Of a DNA stretch of 64,000 nucleotides, positions 27,471 through 41,559 are shown piece after piece. A program made the translations under genes and the position numbers. The notes beneath the pieces are model-generated. The model saw only the letters and a list, made by a program, of their open reading frames with translations, searched no databases and was not told the DNA's origin. This DNA is from Dipteris shenzhenensis (taxonomy: Eukaryota), in the NCBI GenBank assembly GCA_047967505.1, contig CM106538.1. One strand, given 5' to 3'. Position 1 is the stretch's first letter; the number at the start of each line of letters is the position of its first letter.

Positions 27471-27639
27471 TCCTTGGCATGTCAAAGGACACTATCTAGT
27501 CACATAGCTAAGAAAACATTACCCAAAGAAACTCTGGAGAAGATTAAAAATTCAATAGATTACACACAGATTAGATGGATTACATCTCAAAGACTCCTTT
27601 CTTTCAGATTACATCTCAAGGACTCCTTTCCTTAGGGCT

Positions 27640-28488
27640 AGTTCCACATTGCTTTGAGAAGGTCACCTTTTTGAGCTCCCTGATTGTAGGCTTGGCCCTC
27701 CTTGATCCTTTCCTTGCTTCTTTCAAAAAGAGGGTTGGTTCCTTCCTTCAGGGGCCCTTCCCCTCCCTTCATGTCGCTTCCTCTTTCCTTGATTTGAGCT
27801 TCCTAGTTGTAGGCTCTCGGCCCTTCTTACTCCTTTCCTGAAGGGGGTTGGTTCCTCCCTTCAGGCTCCTTTTCCTTGCAATTCGGCTTGGTCTTGGCCT
27901 TCATTAATTTGAGCTCTTTGTCTTTTTTGCATTTTTTGCCCAAATGTCAAATTGAGTTGCAGCATCTACTTTCTCATCGTAGAGATAGCTGTAGCAGGTA
28001 GGCACATTTGATCTATCCATGACTTGGGCAATGGTAAATGGCATTCTCTACATAGTGATCTTGCATGCACAAACAACCCAAAGCAAAAAACGTGCATAGG
28101 GTGGTAGCATGCAGGCCATCAGATCATGCAATCATCTATGATGGGGGTATGGCATACCATGCATTTTGGACTGTGCTACATAGCAAGATAGGCATCGAAT
28201 TTAACTATTGCGGCGGTCAATGCCACAGTCATATTGCTTTGTGCATGATGAAGTTGCTACTTGATTCCTTTCTCCCTCATCCTAAGGCTACGGATGTTCT
28301 CCTTCATCTCCTCCACTCTTTTCTCACTCTGTGCAACAACTTCATCTGGATCCCTCAGCATCTGTTGAAGCTGCTCAAATTGCTCAAAAACATCCAAATG
28401 GGCCATTTCCAAGACTTCCACTCTAGTTTGGAAATCTCTCAGGATGCCAGACTGCTTTTCAAAATTGTCAAAAGCCATGGCAAGCTCA
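27640..28488 (-). repeat. Dispersed repeat with a decayed coiled-coil plus RING-like ORF, copy 2
   Basis: ORF 28257-28538 is coiled-coil-like. Reading through stops gives CMVCHTPIIDDCMI*WPACYHPMHVFC and then a K/R-rich tail. Confidence 0.55.
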
Positions 28489-28490
28489 TG

Positions 28491-29063
28491 TGAGGACACA
28501 ATGGATGCTGAGAGGGTGAGAGGGAGCTTGAGAGACACACATTTTGGTGGGTCTAGACCATCCTAATCTTCTATTTCATCCATATATATATGCATTTAAG
28601 TACTATACATAACCAGATTTAAGGTATAGTGGCCTTTAACCCCTACAACCTCCCACTTAAAGGCCAATGTGCCTTTAAGGGAGAATAACCAATGAGCATA
28701 CTATCCAATGCCCATCAATACATGACAATACTCATACCACTGACTAGGTAGACTCTTTGTCAGCATATCTGTAGGGTTATCATCTGTATGAACCGTGAAA
28801 AGCTCTATGCGCTTGTCCTCAAGTACCTCCCTAATAAAATGGTACCTGACCTCAATGTGTTTGGTCTCTGCATGAAAGACCGAATTTCGTGCTAGCTGAA
28901 TAGCACTCATGGAATCACTATGCAATGTTGGTACACCTATATGAATCCCCAAATCTCTCACTAGCCGATTGAGCCATATAGCCTCCTTGCAACTCTCTAT
29001 GGCTGCAACATACTCAGCCTCTGTGGTAGACAAAGTAATGCACTTCTGTGCACGAGACATCCA
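28491..29063 (-). mobile_element. 3' end of a copia element (RNase H, PPT, 3' LTR), same family as 5225-9345
   Basis: ORF 28701-29060 reads LSTTEAEY...HAETKHIEVRYHFIRE. Similar to 5300-5810. LTR about 28491-28647. Confidence 0.9.
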
Positions 29064-29700
29064 TGTTGAGAGTTCATGCTCAACATCATGTGATCATGTG
29101 TGCATAGCACCATCACATGATCATATGTGCATAGCACTAACCTTATAGAGTGCTATAAAGGAAAGGGTTAGATCCCCTAACCCTAACCCTAAAAGGGTTT
29201 GTATATATTCTATTTTTTCAACTAAATCTAGTGTACAGTTAGTCATTTGTGGTGTGCTCTCTAGCTGTGCCCTCTCTCCTCATCTCCACTCTTCTCCTCT
29301 CCCCTCTTCATATTTTGTCATGGTATCAGAGCTTCCTTGCCTCCCGCTGAGGCATTGAGATCATTGTGAGAGTGATCGAGAGATTGAGAGATTGAGTGTT
29401 CTTTCACTTCCGTTGAGTGATAGAGAAAATTTTGTCCATTGAGTTGAAGATCTCTGTTCACTTGTTTTGTGAGAGATCTAGTTCTTGAGAGATAGATAGT
29501 ACTCTAAGAGAGAGATAGGGAGAGATCATACACTTCATGAGAGTTCTATTGAGGAAGAGTCTCTATTCTTTCTGTGAGAATTGAGAGAGGACCTTTGTAG
29601 AGAGAAAGAGAAAGATTGCAACTGCTTTAACTCACTTGACCTGCAAGCAGCAGCTCGACTTGCCTCCACTTCTATTGAAGCGTTTCCATCTCGGATGTCC
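29064..29700 (+). mobile_element. 5' LTR (29064-29320), PBS and leader of an LTR retrotransposon inserted into the copia RNase H
   Basis: TG at 29064, CA at 29320, immediately followed by TGGTATCAGAGC (tRNAi-Met PBS, 29321-29332). Confidence 0.85.
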
Positions 29701-30040
29701 CAGTCGACTCCTATCTACAGTGCTTTTGCAGCACATCAATGAGTAAGCCATTACTTCCCCTACAAACTACATACAAGCACTAGCGACTATCCCTTCATAG
29801 CTCTCTCCATACACGGCTACTCCGAACTGCAACGACCTTGCCCACGAATCCTCTCTTTCGCAAGCGCACACGGGCAACTAATGACCATCAACAACTCCTT
29901 GCTCGACTCTCTAGCTCCATTGGATTAAACGGCTATAAGCTGGCGAGCCCACTCCAATAGCGGCTCCTTAAACAAGCTGCAATAACCAACCGTTGTTGTT
30001 GTATGGAGATACATCTAGAAAAATAGAATTAAACTTTCAG

Positions 30041-30206
30041 AAAATGCAATTGACAATATGGCCCTTGAGGGGTTTCCTCTAGGGAAAAGGGCCATATCGA
30101 CATGCATTATACAATATCCAGGATGCCATTGGATAGATATGGCATGTCGATATGGCCCTTGCCCCTAAAGGGGACCCCTCAAGGGCCATATCATCAATTG
30201 CATTTT
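30041..30206. mobile_element. Small hairpin MITE, family 2, copy 2
   Basis: AAAATGCAATTGA..ATATGGCCCTTGAGGGG...CCCCTCAAGGGCCATATC.TCAATTGCATTTT. Homologous to 3361-3490. Confidence 0.75.
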
Positions 30207-33200
30207 GCTTGGTTGCACAAGGAAATACATTTTTCTTCGTTTACAAATATATAACTCCAAGTACTAGCGCGGTGGCTGTCATAGATCTCCTTCTATTCGC
30301 TAGTATGTTGGCTATCATAGACCTCCTCCTGTAATACGTAAAAACATGTAAGGGAGCTATAACCCCAAGAACCAACGTGGTGGTCACTCCAAGACAACCT
30401 TGAATTCTAGGCTATGATAGGTCGTTAGGCCAGAGGCTGTGCTAAGGTGATGCTCAAAATGATAGATTGCGTCTCATTACTATGCCAAAAACCAGCATGG
30501 TGATCTCTCCAAGACAACCTATGATTTGCATGGGCAAAGCTACAGCAAAAGGCTACGCGATGAGGTGGTAGGCTACAGCGGTGTTCAAAAAATGATAGAT
30601 TGCATCTCATTATTACACCAAGAACTAGTGTGGTGGTCTCTCCAAGCCAACCTTGATTTTTAATAATCTGCATGGGTGCAGTGCCCAGTGTGCCAAAACT
30701 GCGGCAAAAGGATGCACGATGATAAGTGACTGTACTGTGTGAAGAAATGCAAAGATGCATGATGTAGTATAGAGCTACCATGTGTCGATCTTTGTGGTGT
30801 TTATAATAAATAGATTGCGTCTCATTATTAAGCTAATGTGGCATCATGATGTTATGAAATTTTTTGGCGAGAGCGTGGATTTGTGCAAAATTCAAAATTT
30901 CACCCAAGAGCAAATTTCACCCAAGAGCACATCTCATCCTGGCCCCAAAATGGCCTCGAAAATAGTTTCGCAATTAGCTACACCCAAGCAAACGTTGACC
31001 CCTATAGTATTGATAAAAGCTAGGTTTTGTAAGTCCTTTTCCAAATTTGAATTTTATGTGCTTTGCTCGTTTTATATTTGTGGATGTAGGTTAACTTGTG
31101 TTTCATTTGGTGCATATGATTGCATCCAAAACTAAAAACTGAAAGAAATCATAGTAGTATGTGCGTATGTAAGCACAGTGACTATGTAGTGAAAGCATGT
31201 ACAATGAGTACAACTTATGGTCCTATACATAATGTGGATTTCCCCCTCTTAATTTGTGGGTCATCCTTCACATTTGGGAATGAAACCTAGAAGATAGACC
31301 AAAGGGAAGAGAAAGAAAATGTGCAAAAAGTGAAGTCCACCTGGATCAAAGACCAGTTAATTGAAAGATGACTGCATGGAGAACTGTGTGTATGGCTACA
31401 TACTAAAATCAAAGTTGAACGTGTCATGAGTCATTTGTGAACTGTGCAATTGCTATGTAGAAGAGGCATCCAGATGTGAGACTAGTCGATGTATTGATGG
31501 AGATGTGATCTGGGAGGTTGTGGACAAACAAGGGGGTCACCAACCCAAAAGAACTGACAACAATGTTGGATGCTACAATAGAGTAATCTCTATCATATGA
31601 TGCAGTGTCAAAGAAGACTACATAGTCAGTGTAGGCAGAGTGATCTAAGGGCTGCATAAAAGTTGGGGCCGAAGGTGCAAGTATGATACTTTGCTCTACA
31701 TGAAGATGTGTCTCATGTTGAGGGCTTACTAAGAAATGTGCATGATCAAAAACTTTGGGCTGATCCATGCTAACATCTGCGTTTGATCTCTCAAGGCCAA
31801 TGATTCTCGAGTCTGCATCATACATGAGTACATACTCTGTGGCAATAAATGGTTGAAGAAGGTTCTATTTCCACTCACAGATCTTGTCCGAAGTCATGAC
31901 CAGTGTATCATCAACTGTGTGATGTGGATGACTACATGATGGAGGTAGTCTAGTGCTCTATGCAAGAGGCTTACCCGTGTATCAACGAGAGTGTCTACCC
32001 ATGAGAACACTCTATGTGAGCTGCCACTGTGGGGCTAACATTAAGCTGTCAATCTAAACCAAGTCATGTGATTGAAGAATGTGTGTATGCCAAGGATCAA
32101 GCCCGTAGTGATAATTGAGTGTCGAGCATAGCCAAGAGGTTGTACAAGGATGATGTATGTGTGGAGGAACTAATGTAAAAAATAGTCAAGAATGTGTGAC
32201 TTTACATGGGAGGCATGTGTGTGCAAGAAGAATGCAACAATCCTGAATCCATGAAGGAGAACTTTGCCAAGTGTCACACTATGTAATGAACTACCAAATG
32301 CCAAGAGACCGAGCTGGTGTCACATATGTGAGTGTGTACACCGATGATAGATCCGAAGGGACTGATACCAGTGGGAGTAATGTGGCGATGGCTGACTTGA
32401 CTCGGTGGAGTTGGATCTCCTTTATGGCAGTGCTAGTAGATAGACTACATGTTGAATCGCAAAATGCAGCAAATGAATTTTATCTTGATTCATTTTAAGT
32501 GTTGGGTATGCTGCAAAGGATCAAGAGGTGGTTTTGATGATGAGGTTTTTATGATGCTGGCCTATGGATAATGCAGAATGTAGATCTAAGGTTCTTATTG
32601 CATAGAGCATGAGCTGGCAATCATTTTTGCTTTTTGGAAAATTTAGCCTGGATCAAAAGTTATGGCTCCCGGAAGGATAGGCCAAAATTTGATTCCAAGA
32701 AGGCCCTGGTTGATGTCACATGCAAAAATGCATTGTGCCTGTGTAGAGGCAAGTGTGCCTATCTTGGGCCATGCCACATGGCTTGATGATGTGGCATTAT
32801 CATGTGGGCATGATGACATGGTAGTTGACATGGCATGTCTGCCACGTGGTAGAAAAATAGCCAACCTTATCCTTAGGTGACCCTAACCCTTGTTGTGGTT
32901 AGATGAGTGCCACTTGGCCTTATCCACTGCCCAAACCTAGGGTCAGCTAGAAGAGGGCACTGCCTATCTCTCTCAGACTCTATTTCTCACAAATTGAAAT
33001 CTCTCAAAAACTAAAATGAAATCTCTCTCAAGAACATAGAAATGAATATCAACACTAAAACATACATATTTTGCTATCCATAGCTCAGAATGATGATCTT
33101 TCTAAAACAAAACGGAGAGCGGAATGAGCTCTACAAGATGAGCTAGAGAGACAATGAAGGTGCCTCACAGAGAGGGCTTCTGCCTTGATGGAAGCAAGGG

Positions 33201-33309
33201 CTTAACGTCTTGACAAAAGCAAGGGATTTTGATCTCTATCAAAGTAAACTCTTTCAACGGAAGATGCCTCACGGAAGGAGGGATTGACACTCACGAAGGA
33301 AATGGGAGC

Positions 33310-33933
33310 TGTTAAATTACATGGCACAACGGAACATAAACTGAACAAAGAATAGAGAGTACACAACGAACTGGAGACGAACAAAATTTTTCTTCAATAC
33401 TAATGTAGTACAAATGATGGCTCCATCCACCCATGCACTCCTACAGTGGAGCTTAGATGGCAATCTAGACAGATACTAGGTGAAGAGCTACTAGTTAGAA
33501 TATCTCTGCTGGAAGATTTGATCTGGTAGAATGGGCTGGGGAGGTCACCTCATTATAGCTATGAGGGTGGTACTCAGATCAACGTACTTACCAGTCAACC
33601 TAGTCGGTGAAATCGACCAGTCAACCATGGAATATTCAAGGAATATTCCCTATACTGTCGCCTTGGGGGCTCTTGCCCCCGAACCCCCACCAACGGGGCC
33701 AGCTGGCCCCCACACCTCAACAAGAGTAAGGGGCTCCCACACAATCAAGACAATGTGCCTCGTTGTGCTACTAGCTTACCTACCCTACCTAGCCCATAGG
33801 CTAGACTCACATAGATCACCTTTCTACCATCAATGGTCTCGTTATTGATAGACCTCATCTGACATGCAAGTCAGGATCCATCCAGTGTCTCGGCCTCACA
33901 CATGGCTTCTCCTCATATGGGGGCCTTACAACA
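33310..33933 (-). mobile_element. Solo LTR (624 bp)
   Basis: TGTT...AACA ends with flanks GGAGC/TGAGC (4 of 5 TSD bases match). 33310-33590 is the reverse complement of the PBS-adjacent LTR segment at about 40760-41038. Confidence 0.8.
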
Positions 33934-34003
33934 TGAGCACGTTGGACCACTAGTGGTTACTAGGAGGGTGGGGCATTGAACATATCTAACAGGAGCACCA
34001 TCA

Positions 34004-34175
34004 GCTCTGATACCATGATAGCAAAAGTGAGAGAGGGAGAGAGAGAGAGGAGTGCACACGATATAGCTACTTGTACACTAAGTTATATTGAACATGAACA
34101 TAAAGATATACATGTGAACCCCTTAGGGTTAGGGCTAGTGTTACGGTTAGGGTTTGCCTCTATGCCCTAGAGGTA
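34004..34175 (-). mobile_element. PBS plus LTR 3' part, related to the 29064 LTR
   Basis: GCTCTGATACCA at 34004-34015 is followed by TG, a GA-rich tract and TTAGGG-like motifs, mirroring 29165-29332. Confidence 0.7.
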
Positions 34176-36272
34176 TGGTACAATTTACACCATCCTCAAC
34201 AAACATTTGAGCTTACGACATCCAAAACCAAGACTACACTGGTAGTAGCTACACAATAACCTACTCTTAAAAAGGGAGTAGTGACACAAGAACCTACTAT
34301 AAGGTCGATAAAGTGCAAGGCAACAATAGTTCAAGGCATTTATGGTTTTTTCCATGAGGAAAACGGAATTCAGTCCAACCCCATAGCAATCAATGCACAA
34401 GAACCTACTCTTAAAAATAGAGTAGATCCATAAGAACCTGGTACAACAGAAGGTACCAGAGACCTTAACAAAGTGTTGCTACTACCATCGAAGGAAAATA
34501 CTCACCAACAAAGGTCTAGGTCTAATTAAAGACACTTCAATCCATGATATCCTAAGGCACTCCTTCACATGAGGAACACCAATTGATCCTACACCAAGAT
34601 CTCTATAGGATGAGTTTTGCTGTAGGGTGAATTTGATGACATCAAAATGGGACTGGATGAGTTTCTTGTGCTCTTCTTGTGATCCTCAAAGATTTGTTTT
34701 CACTTACATTTACTAACACCATCCTTCATTTGCTAACCCCAACTCTCCCTCCTCTTTTAATTTCTTCTTATTCTTATTCTTTTTTATGCTTATTAACACT
34801 AGTACCCACTTCACCATTTGAGCCTACCAATGTCATATCCATTTAATTTATAGGAATTTCCTAGAACCCAAAATGCTATAAGCCTCTTCAACCATAGTCC
34901 TCATTTTAGGAGTTAGTATGTTGGATTATCAATCTCCTCTCAATTTGATGACTCAAAGAAATAAAGCTCTAGATCACTGCAACCTTAATGGGCTCAAAGA
35001 AACTACCAAGCAAAGTCCTCCATATAATGCAATCCATCAAATGAATTTTCATGGAAGTTCTATGAAGAGAAGCGAGACAAAATGTCATGCATAACTCTAG
35101 ACGTTCAAACATGGCATGTCAAAGACATAGTCTGATGAGAATCCAATAAAAAGCCCACTCAAAGCAAATATGGGACTTAAGGAGGAGCATGTGAATACAC
35201 TATACTTACTCTACGAACACTAACACCACTAGAATCTTATATCAACTCCTATTAACACCTTCTTCATCCTAATTTATACCTTAGATTTTTCTTGTACTTC
35301 CTCTTTCTTTGAAAGCTCTTAAATACTTAGCTCCAATCCCTACCAAACATCTAGCCATTGCAATCGCTCATGCCCTATTGTGCCAATTATTGTGGAATCC
35401 ACAACAAAGGATCCAGTGAAGACCTTTGAAGCATGGCAAATGGAAACATTTCACACAAGTGCACACAAATAGTGACCTTCAACAACAACCCTCCAATAAC
35501 CATGACCATTGCACAATCCAAGGGACTGGTGGCAATGTCATTTGATGGATATAGTGGCAACCCATAGAGCTAGTGGGATTGTGCCTTGGAGCCAAATAAG
35601 CCCACAATGGTTGTAAAAGAATGAGGAAAGAGAGTGGTATAAAGGGAATAAGGTTGGCCCTCCCTTCAAAAGGTGGTATAGATAAAAGGCCAAATGGTTG
35701 ACTTTGGTCTTCACTTGTTGGTTGCAGATATTGGAATACAAGCTCTCGTCCTCCTCTTTAGAGTTGTCTCTTGTGCCCACACAGTGCCTTTTATGTATGC
35801 CATGTTCTCTTCTCCTCTTCCCTTCTTTTTGTTCTTCTCCTCCTATCCCTTCTCCACTCCCCTCTCCTCGTCTCCCTTCTCCACTCCCCTCTCCTCTCCC
35901 TCTTCTTCTCCTTATGGATTCACGATTGCAATAAACTAGGAGTTGCTAGAGTGACACTAGTGGATGGCATTTGCATGCATTGCTCTCCACCTGGAGTAGA
36001 TTGGAGAAGTACTACTTTGGTAAGATCCCCACGACACATGAGTCACCACCGAAGACTACACATGAGCACAATGAGCATTTTTATTAGGAGCAAGGGATCC
36101 ACTCGCTTCTACCATGGTTTATTGGACCTTTAGGCTACAACCTAGCTGCTGCAAGTTGTCCTATATAGTGTTGTAGGTCTATCCAATTGCCCATAAAAGC
36201 TCCAAAGTTCATGTTACCTTTACAAGGCTCTCAATGTTCTACAAATTGCAGAGGGTATCCAATATTTTGTAT

Positions 36273-36497
<225 letters not shown>

Positions 36498-37507
36498 TGT
36501 TTGTGTTGATATTATGGTCCACTTTCTTCAAAAAAATCAACCCTCCTCGTTGTTTGGTCCATTCATGCATGTGATTTTCCCTTACAATCTTTGGTTTTCC
36601 CTAGGACATATGAAATATAGTACTTTACAATGAGATAAGTTGTCACTTGAATAGGGAAAACCATAAGATTCTAAATCCTCATAGGTTCATTGCCACAATA
36701 ATGAAGGACATTGGCTACTAAACACATGCAAACTTGTATTTTGTAGAAACCTCTTCTATCTTTCTTTGTAATTCATTGAATAAATAGGTTGGCATTAGCA
36801 TCTACATAAACATATAGATTTGTATAAATGATATACTATCAAGCATCCCAACCACTTGTATTAGCATTAGTTCCTAACACGAAATTGTCACACCATCAAT
36901 AAAGATGCTCACACCCCCCCCCATGGCTCTCTCCCTCTCTCTCTCTCTGGTACACACTTAAATTCTTGTATATGCTCTATATTTTTAGGGTCATCTAGTC
37001 GAATGTGGATATGGTAGCCAAAGTATACTAATTCTAAACTAGGATTGACCAACCATGTGCACTAATAAGCCAATTAACATTGTAGAATATGATGATGGCT
37101 AGCTTGCATGCATTCTCACTCCCAAATTTAGAAGTTTAATTTTTCCAAGAGGCATATATTTTCTTCAAGTTTGAGAAATGAAACTTCTAGGTAAGACACA
37201 TACACTAGATTGACAATGTGTCATTCAAGGAATGTCTACACAAATATATAGACTACTCTCATGCACATAAAAATGTACATACATTAAATTAAACAAGTAT
37301 TTATAAAATCAACCAAAAAACTACAAATGATGGCTAAGCTTGTGATGTCATAGTAGGTCTGATTCCAAAGATTCTTTGCGACCATGTAGCTTCTAGCTCC
37401 ATTTATGTTTATGGCCTCAAAGTTTATACGTATCTTGCCACGGCATAAACTTGATGGTGTTAGTGATCTATTGGTTTTTATTGTTTCTTGATGAAAATCT
37501 AACAATT

Positions 37508-37527
37508 AATATATATATATATATACA

Positions 37528-37589
<62 letters not shown>

Positions 37590-37647
37590 CATACATATAT
37601 GTATACATACACATATATATATGTATACATACATACATACATATATA

Positions 37648-37683
<36 letters not shown>

Positions 37684-37703
37684 TGTATGTATGTATGTAT
37701 GTA

Positions 37704-37789
<86 letters not shown>

Positions 37790-37967
37790 TGTATCACACT
37801 AGCAATCATATGTACCTAGAAAACATATTGCATAGAAAGATATTATACTATAATTTAATAAATTTAATTAATGTAATAATTTATGTTGATTACCTTTACA
37901 ATTGTTTTAATCGTGCTAATCATTGTATTTAAAAATATATGTATATACATATATACATATACATACA

Positions 37968-38003
<36 letters not shown>

Positions 38004-38015
38004 TATATATACATA

Positions 38016-38065
<50 letters not shown>

Positions 38066-38073
38066 GATATATG

Positions 38074-38112
<39 letters not shown>

Positions 38113-38250
38113 CACTCTAGCAATCATATGTACCTAGAGAACATATTACATAGAAAGATATTCTACTATAATTTAATCAATTTAATTAATGTAAGAATTT
38201 ATGTTGATTACCTTTACGATTGTTTTAAACGTGCTAACCATTGTATTTCT
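37508..38250. repeat. Compound (TA)/(TACA)/(TG)/(CA) microsatellites alternating with a duplicated AT-rich unit of about 140 bp
   Basis: Microsatellites at 37508-37792 and 37935-38112. The unit ATCAC.CTAGCAATCATATGTACCTAGA...CATTGTATTT lies at 37793-37930 and 38111-38248. Confidence 0.9.
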
Positions 38251-39812
38251 ATATTTTTAAATAATCTAAGAACATAGCTAGCACCCTAGGGCACCAACTC
38301 CCTTTAGTAAGAAAACCTATCAAAATCTTGAGTATGAGATGAATTTAACAATATGCCATGAGTAAAAATTATTCAAATTAATGTGGTTGTATTCTACACT
38401 AAAAGACCTTCAAATATGTCTTTACATCTTGAAATTTGGGTAACACATGAAAAAGTTACATTAATTTGAAAGGAGATGGGTTTTCATATTTTAGTGTATT
38501 TTCTGTTTCCCCCCCCCCCCCCCCCCCTCATCCAAAAGAACCCCCCCTTGGCCTCACATTATGAAAAATATGTATAAATCTTAAAATCTTGCATATTTTT
38601 CAAGGTATATACCTTATATTTTGTAAGAGGAGGACAAGACATTTTTCATATTTTTCCCTTGCATATTTGAAAATTTTAAAGGAAATCCATGCATATTATA
38701 TATGGACCTTGTCCCCCCATACCCTGGATTTTAGACAAGGGTAGTAACATATTACATATTGAGTTGGCACCTCAGGCTAGCACATCCCATAAGGTCCCAA
38801 GTGTGGTTAATTCCAATGTTAAAACATGAACAATTTCAGGGTCTAGATTCAAAAGCTTTGTAGTCCCTAAATTGATTGGTATCCTTATATACTTGATGGT
38901 AATCTCTCATTATAATTTTCAATTTCCAAAATGCTAAGGGCAATAACACACACACTCGAAGCAACTATAAAAATTGTCATAATTGCATCCATTGCATTTC
39001 CTTGAACTGAATTGATAGTACATTTCATTGAGAAACAACACTAATTGGATTTCTATTATTAAAGGTAGAGCATGCTAGATCAATCATATATGTAATCACA
39101 TGGGACTAGAGAATAACATTGTATTGCCTAAACATATATATATATATATATATTTCACCATCAAACATCAAAACTCTTCTCTCAAATTCATTTTGAAGTA
39201 TGTCCCAATTTTGATTGATTAATTTGAAGATTGTGGCTAGGTAGCTCTTAAATTAATAGTGAAGCATATTTAATACAAAAGCGTAGTGAAGCATTTTGGC
39301 AATTGAAAACATTGAGAACTTTGAAATGTAGTGCAAAATGCAAATACATCCCAAGAAAGGACACATCTCTTAAATTTTACAAAATTTATCGAATAATCCT
39401 CCACCATACATCAATGTGGTTTCTTATAGAGATTTCGTTACAAGATATACAAATATTCCAAATGTATTTACATGTTATGCATATATCTTTATCTCATTGT
39501 ACTATGATATAATTTTTATTATAAACAACCCTATTCATTTTCTCACACTGATATTTTTGTTCACAATTTGTGTTTACATACATACAACGAATACTATGAT
39601 GTGTACCAAAAATGAAAGAGAAAAAACATGTAAGTGAAATCTATTATAATCCTATTATTTATGGGAGATGAAAGGATGAAATGCACATATTTAAGAAGAG
39701 AAAGGACAAATTTTGCACTCAACTTGTATCCCATTAAGGATATCATTAAAGATTATGTAGGGATTAATCAAAAATATGTTTCAAAATGATTTTATTTCAT
39801 ACATTGTACACT

Positions 39813-39896
39813 TATGCAATTCCAAAAACTTTGCTGAGTAATATAGGTCTTTCACTATGCAATTCCAAAAACTTTGCTGAGTAATATAGGTCTTTC
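39813..39896. repeat. 41-bp near-tandem duplication
   Basis: TATGCAATTCCAAAAACTTTGCTGAGTAATATAGGTCTTTC occurs twice. Confidence 0.9.
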
Positions 39897-40177
39897 TTGG
39901 TGGACATACTTCAATATGATTATGTTATTTGAAATTAAAATTGATAAAAAAATTTAATAGGAGCTTCAATGGTCACCTCCAAGGACATTCATGTACTTGC
40001 TAAATCTCAAATTCACAACTATTGTAGCATTGGTGTCTATTGCACATCTTGCCCTCACCTATTTCCTCCATTAGGTTTCATATCATCTATACTTCCCATC
40101 CACTTATTTTTAAATCTCTTAATCTCTAAGTTATTACATACATATAGATTGACGTAAGGAGAGAGATATTTGAGATG

Positions 40178-40730
40178 TCGTTTGTGTTATGTACCACATT
40201 TGAGTTTCTTTTACTTTAAATTTTGTGAGCATTGTCTCTATGGGAAGAAGACTAAATCATCCCATAAAAGAAGGGGAAAGAAAGAACTTGAAAGGCTTGA
40301 TTTGGTGCATTCAGACGGATGTGATACCATGTGTACATGGCCATTTGAATACTATGTGACATTCATTGATGATGCAACTAGAGAAGTGTGGGCTTATGCT
40401 ATATCTCAGAAGAGCAATGTGTTCCAGGTATTTCAAAAATGGTTGGCTTTGGTTGAAAATCAGTTAGGTAGAATGAATAAATGCATATGGACTAACAATG
40501 GTGCAGAGTATCTCTTTCATGACTTCAACATTTTTATGATACACATGGGATCAAGAGGGAGCTCGCATCTACTCCAGAGAAAAATCTAGTTGTAGAACAG
40601 ATGAACCATACCATTGAAGAAATGTTGCAATGTATGCTTTCCAATGCAAGTTTTGTTTGTGGTTTTTGGGTTGAGGCAATGAAGATTGCAGTGCATGTGA
40701 TCAATAGATCACCTAGTAAGAGGGATGGTT
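40178..40730 (+). mobile_element. Copia integrase fragment (same family as 5225-9345, opposite orientation)
   Basis: FCEHCLYGK...LDLVHSD...YYVTFIDDATREVW...WTNNGAEY. Matches the reverse complement of 7510-8075. Confidence 0.9.
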
Positions 40731-40744
40731 GGTATTTCTAAAGA

Positions 40745-41051
40745 GCCGCGGTTCCATCGACTACATTGATCTGACTACTCCCCTCATAGCTATAAAGAGG
40801 CGACCTCCCCATTTCATTATACCAGATCAGATCTTCCAACAGAGATCTTCCAGCTAGTAGCTCTTCACCTAGTATCTGTCTAGATCACCATCTAAGCTCT
40901 GTTGTGGGAGCGCACGGGTGGATGGAGCCATCATCTATACTACATCAGTATTGAAGGAAAATTTTGTTCATCTCCAGTTTGCTGTGTACTCTCTATTCTT
41001 TGTTCAGTTTCTGTTCCGTTGTGCCGTGTAATTTAACATGGTATCAAAGCC
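40745..41051 (+). mobile_element. Partial 5' LTR plus PBS
   Basis: Ends ...TTTAACA at 41038, followed by TGGTATCAAAGCC (41039-41051). Homologous to the solo LTR at 33310-33933. Confidence 0.85.
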
Positions 41052-41559
41052 CAGGCGTCTCGAAGGATCATTAGGAAAAAAGGGAGCTCATTTTGGGGCC
41101 TTTTACGGTTTGGAAAAATAAGCTCTCAACCAATCAATAGAAGGCCAACGTAACGTTGAAAATTCACGAAAATAAGAGAAAATAGAAAAAAGAAACAATA
41201 CTTTATGTAAGTACAAGCGTGCTACATTAATGTGGAGATTGGTTTTTTATTCTCAGAAGATCTTTGGACAAGAAGATAGAATCTAAACTGACATTTTATC
41301 TGACAAGATCCTTCCTGCTTCCACCTTCCTTTGAACTTTCAAATGTTGTGCCGCCTTTCGTGCGAAAGGTCTACCATTCTACACCATTGCCTCATTGTGC
41401 AACAGCCTTTCTTTTCCGAAACTGCTCCCTTGATCCTGTTTGGTGTAGAGTAAGATGTTTCTCGTCAACTGTCTGTCTGCCCACTTTCTCTTTCTTGAAA
41501 CTTCAAATTGTTATCTTAGTTACATTACTTTGCTATTGTTACAGATTCAAAATTTCTCC

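Noticed and set aside
29175-29200. Interstitial telomere (CCCTAA)n, also at 34123-34153
   Set aside because: Only 2-3 units, embedded in LTRs of one family.
41069-41100. RSS-like heptamer/nonamer in the TIR
   Set aside because: CATTAGG only loosely resembles CACAGTG, and no ACAAAAACC-like nonamer lies at 12 or 23 bp.
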